Source: Octopus sinensis (lineage: Eukaryota). From it: DNA of 64,000 nt. The stretch lies in assembly GCF_006345805.1 (NCBI RefSeq), contig NC_042997.1, positions 20,770,001 to 20,834,000 on the forward strand, read 5' to 3'. The position numbers and the translations under genes were made by a program. Below the pieces are notes generated by a model. That model did no database searches. It was not told the DNA's origin and saw only the letters and a list, made by a program, of their open reading frames with translations. This document shows, piece by piece, positions 1 through 13,330 of this stretch (within the stretch, counting starts at the first letter, position 1; the number at the start of each line of letters is the position of its first letter).

Positions 1-3000
1 ATGGATGCCTTTCTTGATACAAACCACCTTACAGTGCATACTGAGAGTTATAATACATAAAAGAGTTACTAAATTATTAATAGACATGAAGTTAATTCCT
101 TGGTAATAAACAAACATCTTAGCTTAGTAAATAATGTTACACTGGTAAATTTATTTAACACTGGATGCTTGGAGTGTGGGTACAACACTGATTTGATATT
201 CTATAAGAATCAAATAATAGCAGTGTGAGAGAAGTCAATCTTGGACCCAATTCTCCAAACTTAACACCTTCTTATAACTGTTGGAATAGTTCCAATTATC
301 ACTCTTACTAGAATGATAATTGGATCTAAGAGTTCGTTTGAGATGTCAATTCAATTCAGAGAGGGTAAATTTGGGTAATATATAATCTTTTAATTGCTAA
401 TCCTGTTCAAAAGTGAAGTCTAAAAAACAAAGAACCAAGCATTAAATATCTTATTCTCGGGAACAAAGCTGAAAAACTGCAGAAATCCAAAATATATATA
501 TTTCTATGTTTACTGGCCAGAATGAGCACACAGAATAAATATCCTCCAAAATTTAACTCCCCATTAAAATATAGGTTTTCCAATACAGTTAATAACACCA
601 ATGACTCTATCCTATGTACTTAGCTGCAGAACATGTATTGAGTTGGGTTAATTCTCCATATATAAGGTCTCTGGACTGCATTCTCAACATGAAATGCTGA
701 TATGTAACTGTTATCAAACGTGTTTTCTGTCCGCAAAAGACTTCCAATTGATTGATATCAACAAATATAAAGGAAATCAAAATCAAGAAAATGAATCATA
801 TCTTCTGTTCTTGTAAATGTTCCCAAAGAGTCTAACCCACATAAAGATCCATATTCAGCAAATTTAAAGCCAAAAAAAGAACAAAGATACTAAAATAAGA
901 AATTGTTAGAATGATAAAGAATTTTAGAACATGGTAAAAAAAAGGTTAGCTATTTATAATAATATTCAAATCTTAAATAGACTGGTAAAATTTTAAAACA
1001 AATTAATAACAATTAGTTTATTCCTATAAAGACAAGTTTAAAAAATTCACACTGTAAAACCATTTACATATATATAGCACAGCAGTAAATTCATCGTTTG
1101 AACTAACAGATGAATAGTTCACTACTAAGTGACAACTTTAATTAAGAAAGAGTGATCAGGTTCCTGAGGAATATATAGTTGTCACAAATAAATATTAACA
1201 TTGATTTATTCATGTGAGGCATAGTTTTAACACCTTTTGATTGATAACATTCTAACACCAGATATTAATATATATTCACACTTTTTGTGTTTATCAATAT
1301 CAACAGCATTTTGTTATCGTATTTGTTTTGCAAGATTCTTATTTTTAATGATTCTTTTATTAATTTCATTATTTGTAAAATGATAAGTATTGACTTTATA
1401 TTGTAAATACATTATATTTATAAGATAACTCGCAAAAGTTATTTTTTATTATATTTTCAAAATTTGTACTAAGTATAAATAAGAGCAAAACCAATACATT
1501 AAACCTGAAGCTAAACCAAAGCTCGGCACTACTATATTTATTAAACATTTTTTTCCATTGTCAATTGAATTTTTTTTTAAAAAAACCTATATCACCTGCA
1601 AGTGTTATGAAAAATTGTGGAGTAGTGACCAAGGTTCAAACTCAAGAATCTTAAAGACCTGACCTAAAAGCTGTAAAGTAAAAATATCTGATTATCTACC
1701 TTCTGTAGAAATCTAAATTTGAAATAGCAAAATATTGTACTTTTGAATAAAGAAGCAAATATTTCGATTCTCAAACATGTAATTTGTTACTTTGTGAAAG
1801 ACAGTATCTTAGCTTTGTATAGTTTTCTGAATTGAAAGAATAGCAGGGTCTGATGTGACGCAGGAATTACTAGGTACTGGTCTTTAGTATTACAGTGATA
1901 ACTTTGAACATGTTCCATATTTAATTTACTTTATCCACTTTAAATTTTAGAGTTAAGCTTCTTTACCTTTCATATACAGAATTATCATTGAAATAGTAAT
2001 ATTTTCCCCTCAATATGAATGCAGTTTTAATTTATCAAAATTTATTGGCTCACTCTATTAAATATATTGGAACCAACTTAACTCTTTGTTTCACATGCAA
2101 AAAACGTTCTGAGTATACCTCCCCTTATGTATCATACTGTATCTTAAAATGTATCAACTATTGCTATTGACTATAAACGGAAGGAGGTTATCACATGCAA
2201 GCATTCTGCAGTTTAAATACATATGTAATGTGTAATAAAAGACCTGAAAATCATTGACTGAAATTATCCATGAAATCAGCAGAGAAAATCTCTATCTTGT
2301 GGTATACATAATTGAAAAATAACAACTAAGGTAGATTTCGTTTTTGGATTTGGTTTGCAAGATTCTTTATATGAATTCGTGTGTTGAAGCATATTTTGTT
2401 GTGTCTGGAGAGAGTAATTTTCTTTTTGTGCCTTATAATGTGGAAATTTTACCGGTGAGTGTGTTACATTATAAGGCACAAAAAGAAAATGACTCTCCCC
2501 AGACACAACAAAACTAAGGTAGATATTCCAGTTATATCAGCCAATTAAAATTTTTGAAAAATATAATGCAAATAGGTGAATAAAGCCAATTGGTGAAATT
2601 AAAAGCTATGTTTCAGTCTTTTTACTGAAGAGATCTAATATAATCAAAATATTTTCATGACAGTCATCAACTAGCTTTAAAAACGAGGTCCATCTCCATC
2701 CATAAAGATTTATTTTCAAAATATTTTGTCTGGCTAACATTATTGAAGTTATCTATCAAGATAATTGTTTTTATTTTAAACACTCCTCGGGGCACTTTTT
2801 GTCTACTCATATCATAACTATTCTCATTTGACCGGATTCTTCAAATTACTAAAATACACGTGATATGTAGTTTATTGACTGTGTATTTTTACCATCTTGT
2901 ATTTCTCATGTTTAACTTCAGGTTCTTGATAATCAATAGTCACCCAGGGCAACCCTTGAGTTTGCCTCAGGCTTAATCAGCAGACTCAAAAGTGTTACCC

Positions 3001-4849
3001 ACATAAAAGTGTTGCCTGAGACAGACTCCCCACCACACCACAAGCACCAGCTACACTATTATTGATAATCTTTTTCTCAGTTTAGCTACACATACACAAT
3101 ATAATTTTTAGATTCACTCTACACATTAATGGAAGATCATATCTGACTCATACTTCTTGATTTATCTCTTTGGATCTGGTATATTTACAGCTTAAGTTTA
3201 TTCTATCCACTACAAACTGAAAGAGCAAAGAGTAAGAAAGTAATTATGAATTTATAAGTGGGTAAACTTAAAATATTTGCTCATATTTTCAGTATATAAT
3301 TTTTCTTTAAAAACAACATAAAAAAAAGATATAGTGCTAATACAAACAAAATATGTTGTTATTTGCACTAATTAACTCTGCTGAACTGATCTCATTTATA
3401 GATGGCGTTTCCATAAGGTTATAAATTGAGTTGATGTTTAATCAGTGAAATAAAAATTTAATTTGTTACTAAACATGAAAACAATTTTTAAAAAAATTTT
3501 TACCTTTCAAAGCTAAACAAAAAGGAAATTGAGTATTGATAGCTCCATTATTTTGTTGATAAACATATGATACTTACCTGCTTAATTATATGCAATAACA
3601 ACATTAGAAAAGATGAATTTGAAGTAAATGTTTTTAAATCATTATATTATCTGTTAATACTTTTAAATTCAGTGATAGATAAAGTTGTCTTTTATATGAC
3701 TTTATACTCCTCTCCCTCACTCAGTGGCATCAATAGAAAAATTGGTGAAAAGAGTATTTGAAAAGTAAGAACACTTAAAATATTAATTCTGTATGATTTT
3801 GAAATTTATGCTATTTCTTAGGAAATAGTTTTAAATAATTTTTTCATTAATGTTTATCAAAATGTGTGAAACAGTGGGAATACTATCAGAGTCATATATA
3901 ACACACACACACATACACACACATCTGCAGACATGCATGTATGTGTTTCATAGAAGTGGAATACATGAGATCAAACACCTATTCCACTGTTTATCTTATT
4001 TATTCTATAGCTTTTCATCTTATCATCTCTTCTACTCACCATATCATGTCACCCATCTATAACTGAGAACAAGCCACTCAGCTTATGCATGCTAAATATC
4101 TCCAGCTCCCTTACCCTTAGCTCCATCCCCTATAACTTGCTTCTTCACTTTTCTCTATCTTTCAGTAGGATAGGATTGCATCTTTGCAGCATTTACCTAC
4201 CCTGTGTGATTCTTCTGTGACCATGCTCTCATAGACATTCTCTCTTGAGGATTTACTCTGGCTCCACATCCATCATTCTATTTCTTCTCTTTACATCACT
4301 CTACCAATGTGTAACATGGATTAGAATTGTATCTCCTACTAAATCCACTCCATTGCCCTTATCACTCTCCCTGACATTGTGTTTCCCTTTACCACCTATT
4401 ATCTACTCTCAGCTTACCATTTCTTTATACAATACATTACCCACTCATGTTTAACGTGGGTAGCATTTCTTCTTCCTTAATCCTCCCTTCCATCCTATCA
4501 CTCTATATCTTTTACTCACGAACCCCCACAAAAGCTAATTTTCTCCCCTATCTTTCCTATGACCTTACCCACTTCCCTATTATTTTTTCAGTCAGTCACT
4601 CATCTGCCATTTACTGCCAAACGTATATCTGTGTAACTCCAATAAGAACTGGCTTGGACGCTGACATTCCATCGAACTCAAGTAAGCAGACCAACCTGCC
4701 TCATTGCCATTACTACTTTGTCCCTCCTTTCTTTCACATTAATCACTAAATTTATTCTTTCCTATCTCCTTCATTACTCCTCTAACACTGTTCTCTCTCT
4801 TATTCTCTCCATTGCCAACTTCTCAAAATAATGAATTTGTTTCATTCCT

Positions 4850-5190
4850 CATGCGAGCTCTCTTTTGCTTGGTAAGCTACAAGGCGATCCCACCCTGTAT
4901 ACTCTCTTGTGGTTAGTAAATCAAATCAAGCAGCAACAATGCAGGGCTTGAGAGAGCTCTTCACTTGTGTTGATGGCAATGTGCTCTATAGTTTTGGTGG
5001 CATGAAAATGCACCCAATACATTCTCTAAATTGTTTGGTATTAAGACGGGGATTCAATCATAGAAAACATGTTAGAATGAGATACTGAGCAAGGTATGAT
5101 TCTCTGACTTGTTGGATCTTGTCAAAATGTTCAGTCAATGCCAGCATGGTAAACATACACAAAAGGATGATGATGATGATGATGATGATG
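4850..5190 (+). mobile_element. Degenerate copy of (GAT)n-tailed SINE-like family A
   Basis: Decayed family A 3' motifs (catagaaaacatg...gccagcatggtaaac) ending in a (GAT)n run at ~5166-5190; boundaries approximate. Confidence 0.45.
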
Positions 5191-5266
5191 GTGCTGGTGC
5201 TGGTGATAATGATGATCATGATCATGATCACAATATGCATACAATGATAAAATATACATTTATTTG

Positions 5267-5303
<37 letters not shown>

Positions 5304-5919
5304 GATGCATATTTGTGCATGTGTGTATCTTGCATAAGTCTTGTTTGTGTGAGTGTATAATATGTTATCTATTGTTTCTGGTTGGTAAATTATTTATATG
5401 AACTTAAATATAGAAATAGATAATATTGATGTAGATTTAACAATAAAATAAAAGTACTGGAACTTATCCAATTTTCTTTTCAGAATGGAAAATCTGTACA
5501 ATGATACTGCAACAACTGTCTTGAACTTTGGCTGTTGGCCATGTCATGGATTTCAATCTCATCCACTGTTAAAGTAATAGGTTTTTCCTGTAAGACATCC
5601 AAGCTTTGGCTAAGCTCCCTGACAATAAAAGATAGATATTTGCTTCAAAGACACGGAGTTGGTTACATTTTCTTTGATCTTTTGCCAATACTATTCATTT
5701 GCTCAAGGTAAAACAAAATAGCGAATTTGGAAAGCATTCCTTTATATTTTTGGGACGTGTTAGTCGGCGAATCTCTTTAAAACATTATTATCTAGATAAA
5801 TGTGAGAATGGATTTAAAATTTAGACTAATACAGATATCATTGACTGAGATTTTTTTTAAATATAAGTGATTGACTTGAAATAAAACTAATTCAGTTTTC
5901 TATCCTATTTGTTAATTAA

Positions 5920-6763
5920 AATTATTTCTTCTATTAATAATATTTTCTAAACCCTATTTGATAAGTATCATCTCTTTTATATTAATGCAACAGAAAAAGT
6001 TATAAAAATACTGATGAGAGTTCTAATTTATGTTAAAAGACCTCATAATTGGACTGTCTCTTGTTTGGTTGTAAACTCGAGGCTTGATAAAATTTGAATT
6101 GATTCTAAATTAGTAGAATGTTATCTCCATCAAGTCACTATGTACAGACTGGCAGTAAAACAAACTTCATTCACTATGAAGATCCTCGTATACAGCAGAA
6201 ATGTGCTGTAATAAATAAATTGATATATCTAATAAATGAGAAGAATTTTTGTATCAATTCTAATAGAAAGAGAAGACTAATACTAGTCTCGTCGAATTAA
6301 TCATTTTAATGTTGTTTTCTTTGGTCTCAAGTAGAGTTATTGTTTTCTATATACATTAAAAAAACAGTGAACACATATACAGAAGCTATAAATTTTTTTA
6401 CAAATTTTGCTAAGATTTTCCATATTGAAATTTGTTTTATAATGATTTTTTGGAAGTAATACTCACCATATTATTATTTTGTTCAGTTTATCAATGTATT
6501 CATCATATTTAATTCACTTTCAATGAGAATGAAAAAAAAAGAAAAACAATGTCTTTTGTTATTGACCAGATAATCAAAACCTGTAAACCTAAAGAAGATA
6601 TTTTCTTTTAAAGCAAAGCCAAACTTTTCTTTAATTCATAAATAAATAAACTCATTGAACAGTTAATACAATAATTATTTCTTCTATTAATAATATTTTC
6701 TAAACCCTATTTGATAAGTATCATCTCTTTTATATTAATGCAACAGAAAAAGTTATAAAAATA
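5920..6763 (+). repeat. 91-bp exact direct repeat pair (5920-6010 and 6673-6763)
   Basis: aattatttcttctattaataa...gaaaaagttataaaaata occurs twice, offset 753 bp. Confidence 0.9.
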
Positions 6764-8149
6764 GTTTCTGAAATAAAAAGAAATGTATCCTGCAAAGAAA
6801 ATTGCTCATTTCGTATTCATTTTGTCTTTTTTTTTTTCTTGTACAATTTATAAAAAGCCAAAAGGAAAATAGTTTGAATATTTTTGTTATCTTATAGAAT
6901 TTCTTATCTAAAGGTAGCTTCCGCCAAAATGAATTAACAAAATGAAAAAAAATAGATGTTTAGAATTTTTTGAACAACTTATGTAATCATGTATATGTTT
7001 GCAGGGCCTTTATTTAATTTTTTATATAAATGTATCTTCTGCAAAATGACTGAAATTGGATAGATTCCAAAACAAATGTATATTTTGCATTTTGGTTTTC
7101 ATAAATTTTTATGAACACAATGAGGATAATTATAATAGTATATTTATATATTGTGCTGGTACTGTTTATTTACCATTCTCAAAGTGATGCTAAGGAAATG
7201 TTCAGTTGTACAAAGCAGTAAAAGTACATTATCTCAGACTTGGAAAATAATTTGCCAAGACTATGAAGAAAAGAATTATTACTATCTTTGTCAAGTTGAG
7301 ATTTCCTTATAGACTGGGGCATATATTTTATATTTTGGAATCATAATTTGCTATAAATTTTCCAGTGAAACATTGCTAAGTGTTGTTTCATAAAGAAGTA
7401 AACAATTTCTTAATGATAGTAGCAGTCAAGCAAGTAATATGGAACCAATGTACTGATATTTTTGCAGATCAGGATAAGATCAGGTGGTATGTACCCTTTT
7501 GTTCTCAACCAACGTAACTGATTAATGTGGAAAGGTTTTGGCCTTCAAATAAGGGCTATGCAATGACATTGTTTAATATAATTACAAGTGTTCAGAATTT
7601 TTGATATTTTTAAGATGGGTTTCACTCAGTTTATTTTATAACTTGATTTGAGATGGGAGTGAATAGTCTATAACCTTTCAAGGACCTTTTAAATAACACT
7701 GTAATGTAAGTTGATACAATTATTATTTACTTCCGACTTTTTGAAAGCTGGTTGTTGGGTTGATAATAATGGTGGGGTGGGAGATCCAAAAATATGCATA
7801 TTATGGGTTTAAGTGGAGATGTAAGTAAAATGAGGGTTTCAAGTGGAATCAGTTACTTCAGAGAACTGGAGACCATTTTAGCTGTGATAAAAGCGATAAA
7901 GAAATTACAGCATCTGGCAATAAGAGTTTTAGATATGCTGATAAATGTGTATTTGTCTAGAAGGATGTTTTTGCTTTACATGAGAATGAGTACTGCCTTA
8001 AACATGGGAATGGTACTCTTTTGTTTGGTGCATGTGTGCAATGTAAGACAGTTACTTTTATTGTCCAAGAATAAGGTTGATTAGGTAATATAAGAAAAAT
8101 AGTTTTGGAGTGTGATTAGTTATTCATTAGGAGATATTGGAGTTTTGCA

Positions 8150-8546
8150 GCACCTCCGTACTGGTGGTATGTATAAAACACCATTTGAGCATGATCATAA
8201 CCTGCGTCGCCTTACTGGCACTTGTGCTGGTGGCACATGCAAAAACATTTGAGTGAGGTAGTTGCCAGTGCCACCGGACTTGCTCCTGTGCAGGTGGCAC
8301 ATAAAAAGCACCATTTGAGCATGGTCATTGCCAGTGTCGCCTGACTGGCCCTCGTGCCGGTGGCACATAAAAGCACCCACTACACTCTCGGAGTTGTTGG
8401 CGTTAGGAAGGGCATACAACTGTAGAAACTCTGCCAGATCAGATTGAAGTCTGGTGCAGCCATCTGGTTCACCAGACCTCAGTCAAATCGTCCAATTCAT
8501 GCTAGCATAGAAAGCAGACGTTAAACGATGATGATGATGATGATGA
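8150..8546 (+). mobile_element. SINE-like family A copy with (GAT)n tail
   Basis: Internal ggtggcacataaaagcacc subrepeats; 3' end ...gctagcatagaaagcagacgttaaacgatgatgatgat shared with many other copies in the window. Confidence 0.85.
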
Positions 8547-8579
8547 TTATGACTCTTAATTAATTGTTACCATTCTTTG

Positions 8580-10230
8580 GTCCTCTTGGACCTTCCACAT
8601 ACAGGTGTTATCCACTCACAATTCATTTGCCCAATAGCATATATGTGCTGCTTCTTGAACAGACACCACAAAATGTTCTCCAATAGGGATATTTCAACTT
8701 CGTTTTCTTTAGAAATACAGAGATGCAGTCGTTACAGATTCCATGGAAGTAATCTTGCAATACATCAACCCCGTAAATACACAGCACATAAATAAAATCC
8801 TCTCCGACAAAAGTTTGTCCTCACAATGTTTTTGCAATAAAACATATCAAAATTGTTTCTTAATCACTTGAGTTCCTCTTCAGAGTAAGAAAATCATCAT
8901 CATCATCATCCTCATCATCATCATCGTTTAACGTCTGCTTTCCATGCTAGCATGGGTTGACGATTTTGACTGAGGGCTGGCGAGCCAGATGGCTGCACCA
9001 GGCTCCAATCTTGATCTGGCAGAGTTTCTACAGCTGGATGCCCTTCCTAACACCAACCACTCCGAGAGTGTAGTGGGTGCTTTTTACATGCCACCGGCAC
9101 GGGGGCCAGTCAGGCGGTACTGACAATGACCTCGCTCGAATCTTTTTACACGTGCCACCTGTACAGGTGCCAGTGAAGCGACGTTGGTAACGATCACACT
9201 CGAATGGTGCCCTTTTATGAGCCACAGGTACGGAAGCCAGTTGGCTGCTCTGGCATCGATCAGGCTCGGATGGTGCTCCTGGCACCCTACTACCACAGGC
9301 ACAAGTGCCAGTAAGACGACGCTGGTAACAATCATACTCGAATAGTCGCTCTGTCAACAATCACACTCGTATGGTGCTCTTTGCACCCCACTGGCACGAA
9401 TGCCAGTCATCAAATTGATTTTGATTTTGATTTTGAAAATATTTCATTTATATTTGTGTCACAACTGGTAAACAACAATGTCATTGTTGGTTATAGGTTC
9501 CCAACAAGCTAATCACTAGTTCTGTGAGGAAAGTGACAAGAGAGTGTTTGTAACTTAGAATACTTCTTAGATTCGCTTTGGTCGTCCAAAAAGCCCAGGC
9601 ATTACTTATATGAGAATACTGTTGACATATCAGAAATGGTATAGTTATTGTATACTCATATGTTCTAGATTGCGTTTTTAAAAAACCATTTCAATGATTG
9701 GCTGAGACTTACAAAATGTTCTCCAATAGGGATATTTCAACTTCTTAACTAGTAATCTACACAAGCTGATGTTTATAGTTTACAACTTCTCAATATCCAT
9801 ACGGTGTCTAACCCACTAGATTCTGTTCAAAACACCTTCAGAAATCATTGCTATATAGAATGGCACAAGAATGGCACAAACACTTATAATTTCCTCCTTG
9901 CTTTAAACCAGTCTAGGAAATCCCTATAAAGGGATTGTATGTTTCCCATACACACCTGGCTTCATATCCAACTGCAGACAGCTTGTCCATCATTCTTTGA
10001 TGCTTTTGATATTCTATACAGCATATTTCAGAGAACTCTTCAAGTTTCACATTAATTTTGTACAATGTCATTATGTAAATGATAATTAGCTTCAGCAGAT
10101 TTGACCTTGGTTGGAAGGATGAAAATTTGGTTGACTAGGTATAACTCAAAACTAGAAAGAATGCCAATAAAAGGAGAGCATTTCAATAAAAATACTTGTA
10201 CTGAATGCTTCGTTAATTAAAATACTGGTA
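8580..10230 (-). pseudogene. Possible highly decayed Polinton/Maverick-type family B DNA polymerase relic (interrupted by a SINE)
   Basis: Minus-strand broken frames give IFIEMLSFYWH, then RMMDKLSAVGYEARCVWE, then (N/Y)IPIGEH, in the order recalled for the Vsr-like insert (YEFxGCxWHG...LRxxGYxVxxxWE) and downstream YPxG motif of Polinton polB. Many stops and frameshifts. Confidence 0.3.
8894..9437 (-). mobile_element. SINE-like family A copy
   Basis: (CAT)n gtttaacgtctgctttccatgctagcatgggtt... followed by several gtgcttttta..gtgccac subrepeats. Confidence 0.9.
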
Positions 10231-10569
10231 ATGACAAAACATGCAGGGAGACTTCCACTTCAGTTCACAGAAGGGATATATGTAAAGTGATTATTGCTAC
10301 CAAAATTAGATGAGCCATCTGAGATAGAACGTTTACACAAAAACCTGTTTTAGAAATCCTTCTTCCCTAACATTCAATTGAGTCCCTGCATTCACACCTT
10401 AAACTAATCACTTCACTAGTAAACCTGGCATTCACCACTGTGGGAAATTAGAGAATGGAGTCTTTGTGCAGCATTGTAAACAATGGTCTTGATTTAAATC
10501 GTACCATAATATCACTGCCATGATGCCTTTTATACACTGATGGAAAAAACTGGCAAATTCAATTAAGTG

Positions 10570-10850
10570 TTATAATGACAGTAAAATTATTAAAACTTCA
10601 ATGGTATTCAATCTATGCTATCTTCTCCATTCATACCAAATTCACTGCTTGTTTTTCCTACAACATCTCACTTCTTCAATTCATACTGAATACATTACAC
10701 AGTCTTTTCTTGTATAATTTCAGCTTCATAGAAATTTTATGCTCTTGCTTCAATCCTTGATATTAATTTTCAACAATTCACACTAGCATTCCTTAGATAT
10801 TTATATCGTTCTTCAATTTCACACTGTTTTAAAATCCCATTGAAATACCC
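10570..10850 (-). mobile_element. Possible decayed RLE LINE (R4/Dong-like) RT fragment
   Basis: Minus-strand ERYKYL and YKKRLCNV resemble the YKYLG...YxxRLRKVL region seen better preserved at 50450-51100. Confidence 0.3.
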
Positions 10851-10894
10851 TCTTTTCTTCCCGAAAGTATTAACAAGGATGTAAAATTAAACAT

Positions 10895-11060
10895 GTATTT
10901 GTGTGAGGAAAGTACCTCTCCATGATGCAAACATAGGCAAGGTTTTTTTATGGTGGACCAGAAGTTGTTCCTGAATCAAGATCACCTTCTCCATACCACC
11001 AATATTATCCAAGGGAAAGTAAAGGGTGGATACATATCAACACCCGTGTTATTGCAGGCA
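10895..11060 (-). mobile_element. Fragment of SINE family D
   Basis: Shares ggcaaggttt..tatgg..gaccag and ttatccaagggaaag with the 54999-55316 element. Confidence 0.55.
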
Positions 11061-11087
11061 AAACCAAAAAGAAACAAAACATGTATC

Positions 11088-11143
11088 ATAATCATCCTCA
11101 TCATCGTTTAACGTCAGTTTTCCATGCTAGCATGGGTTGGACG
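11088..11143 (-). mobile_element. Short 3' fragment of SINE-like family A
   Basis: catcatcgtttaacgtcagttttccatgctagcatgggttggacgg. Confidence 0.75.
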
Positions 11144-11512
11144 GTATATTTGTTTATTGCTGAAATAATCCTATCAGTCCACTATACTAGAGTGATGCTT
11201 TATTTTATCAATTCTGAAAGAATTACAGATCTCAACAAAATTTGAACTTAGAATGTAAAGAACTAAATTCCAAAAGTTCTTTTGTCTGGTGTTCTAATCC
11301 TCCTGGCATATAAAGAGACTCAACATAAATACAACGCTAGATAACCAGTGTATACATAAATATTCACACACACACACACATGAGTGTTGTCTAGAAAGTA
11401 ATGCCTGTTAATATTATATAACTACAGGATACAAAGGGTATTTGATAACATTTAATTTATATATTACTCTCTTCAAACCAATTAAAAGGTTATTATTTCT
11501 TTCAGATACCCC

Positions 11513-12612
11513 ATGGCAGACAGAGTGCTAATAGAAGAAATGGAAACACATACAGTCATTGTTGCTGTATGTGCAGAAAACAGTGATTTAGAAATTGCCA
11601 ACTTTCAAAATGCTGCAAGATCTTCTGCACACAAAGTTCAGATGGAATTAGAAGCCTCTGGTGGCAATGTTTCAACTGTATCAAGAGGGAAAAACATACT
11701 AAGCATTTCTTCACTAAAAATACTATTATTCATCAAATGTGATCAAAATATTATTGATGATGACCTAAAAAAATCAATGAGAGCTTTTGCCAAACAACTT
11801 CAGGTGTTGGAATGAACTATCAGAAATGTGATGCATGAGATTATTTGTTGCAAGTCACATATATTGATAAGAGATCAATTCCTGCCTGCAAAGACACAGC
11901 AGGGAAAACGTTTAAACCATGCCAAAAGGTTGCTTAACAAGATAAAAAACCCTCATAAAAACACGACATGCTTTGAGTCTTCTCTGATGAGAAAACTTTG
12001 AAAAAGACCATCCAAGAAATGAGAGATGGTTATGTGCCAATTCTTCAAATGTCACCTGCAGTGCACACTAAGTTTCCGGCAACTGTGATGATTTTACAAG
12101 TAGTGAATAATGAAGATCATGCTATGCCACATCATATCTTTCCATAGAATCTTAGAATTACTACTATTTAATACATTGAGGGGCTAGAAAAAGTTTCTAA
12201 GCCTTGCATAGTTGAAGTATGTAGTAGACGACCATACACATTTCAGCAAGACTTGGCACATTTTCTCAAAGCCCATATATATTCCTTTACTACCCACAAG
12301 GGGCTAAACATAGAGGGGACAAACAAGGACAGACAAAGGGATTAAGTCGATTACATCGACCCCAGTACAAAACTGGTACTTTATTTATCGACCCCGAAAG
12401 GATGAAAGGCAAAGTCGACCTCAGCAGAATTTGAACTCAGAACGTAATGACAGACGAAATATCGTTAAGCATTTCGCCCGGCACGCTAACGTTTCTGCCA
12501 GCTTGCTGCCCATATAACCCAAGAATGAATTTTAGACATTCTATATGATTATGTAACATAAAACTTGGGACTGCAAGTCAGTAGATTTAAATTCCATGTA
12601 CTACTGCATTTG
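11513..12612 (+). pseudogene. Decayed Tc1/mariner-superfamily transposase (DD37D/maT-like), interrupted by a SINE
   Basis: ORF 11513-11815 gives an N-terminal HTH-like region. Downstream broken frames read VFSDEK, HTKFPATVMIL..HIFP, RPYTFQQDLA and DLNSMYYC, matching the FSDE / FQQD / SPDLNPxDY motifs. Confidence 0.85.
12280..12510 (-). mobile_element. tRNA-derived SINE family B inserted in the transposase
   Basis: Minus strand begins ggcagcaagctggcagaaacgttagc, contains a B-box-like gagttcaaattc, and is flanked by a catata TSD (12274-12279 / 12511-12516). Confidence 0.9.
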
Positions 12613-12913
12613 AAACAGTGATCCTTTTATTGATTCTTTTATTGTCTAAATGACATGACATTAAGTCGTAAGTTTTGGATGTAAAATGAAAGATTAAAAT
12701 TCAGTTTTCTACTAGGCCAGCCACCTCAGCTATATTTTAAATATACTTTTTATTTTTTAAATTATGTTTCTAACACGAAATACCAGTAAACAATAAAAGC
12801 AAGATATTTACTTATGACTAAGCTACAGGAAAAAAATCTTTTACAAGGGGAAAAACACATGAAAATATAATTAAAAGAATCCTGTCAGAAACAATGTTGA
12901 TGACGATGATGAC

Positions 12914-13330
12914 ATCATCATTTAATGTCCGTTTTCTATGGGTTGGATGGTTTGACAGGAGCTGACTAGCTGAAAGCCTGCCCAGGTTCCATGTCTGTTT
13001 TGATATGGTTTCTACAGTTGGATGCCCTTCCTGATGCCAACCACTTTGCAGAGTGTACTGGGTGCTTTTACACAGCACCAGCATGGGTAACTTTTTATGT
13101 GGCACCAGCATCAATTAGCCTGCAAGATTAGGATAAGTCAGGTGAAGAGGGATGCTGAGTACATGCTTGTATGTAAGGACAGCCATGATTTCACTTAGCT
13201 TGATGTGTCTTCTCAAGCACTGCAAACTGCCAGAAGTCTTGGTCCTTTGTCATCTCCTCTGTGAGACCCAATTTCAGAAGATCCTTTCTCACTACTTTGT
13301 TCTGCATCTTCCTTGGGCCTATTCTTTCCA
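12914..13330 (-). mobile_element. Diverged SINE-like family A copy
   Basis: catcatcatttaatgtccgttttc...ggatgcccttcct..gccaaccact; distal part shares cttctcaagcac with the 59264-59838 copy. Confidence 0.7.

Noticed and set aside
5482-5620. Minus-strand open stretch ELSQSLDVLQEKPITLTVDEIEIHD...RQLLQYHCTDFPF after an acceptor-like site
   Set aside because: Superficial PTP-like look only (no WPD motif), ends in a stop and has no partner exons.
7620-8140. Further decayed RT fragments (also ~24130-24420 and ~54430-54950)
   Set aside because: Motif resemblance too weak to assign without an HMM search.
8150-9437. CRISPR-like array from regularly spaced subrepeats
   Set aside because: Eukaryotic context, degenerate repeats with related spacers, no cas genes; these are internal repeats of family A.
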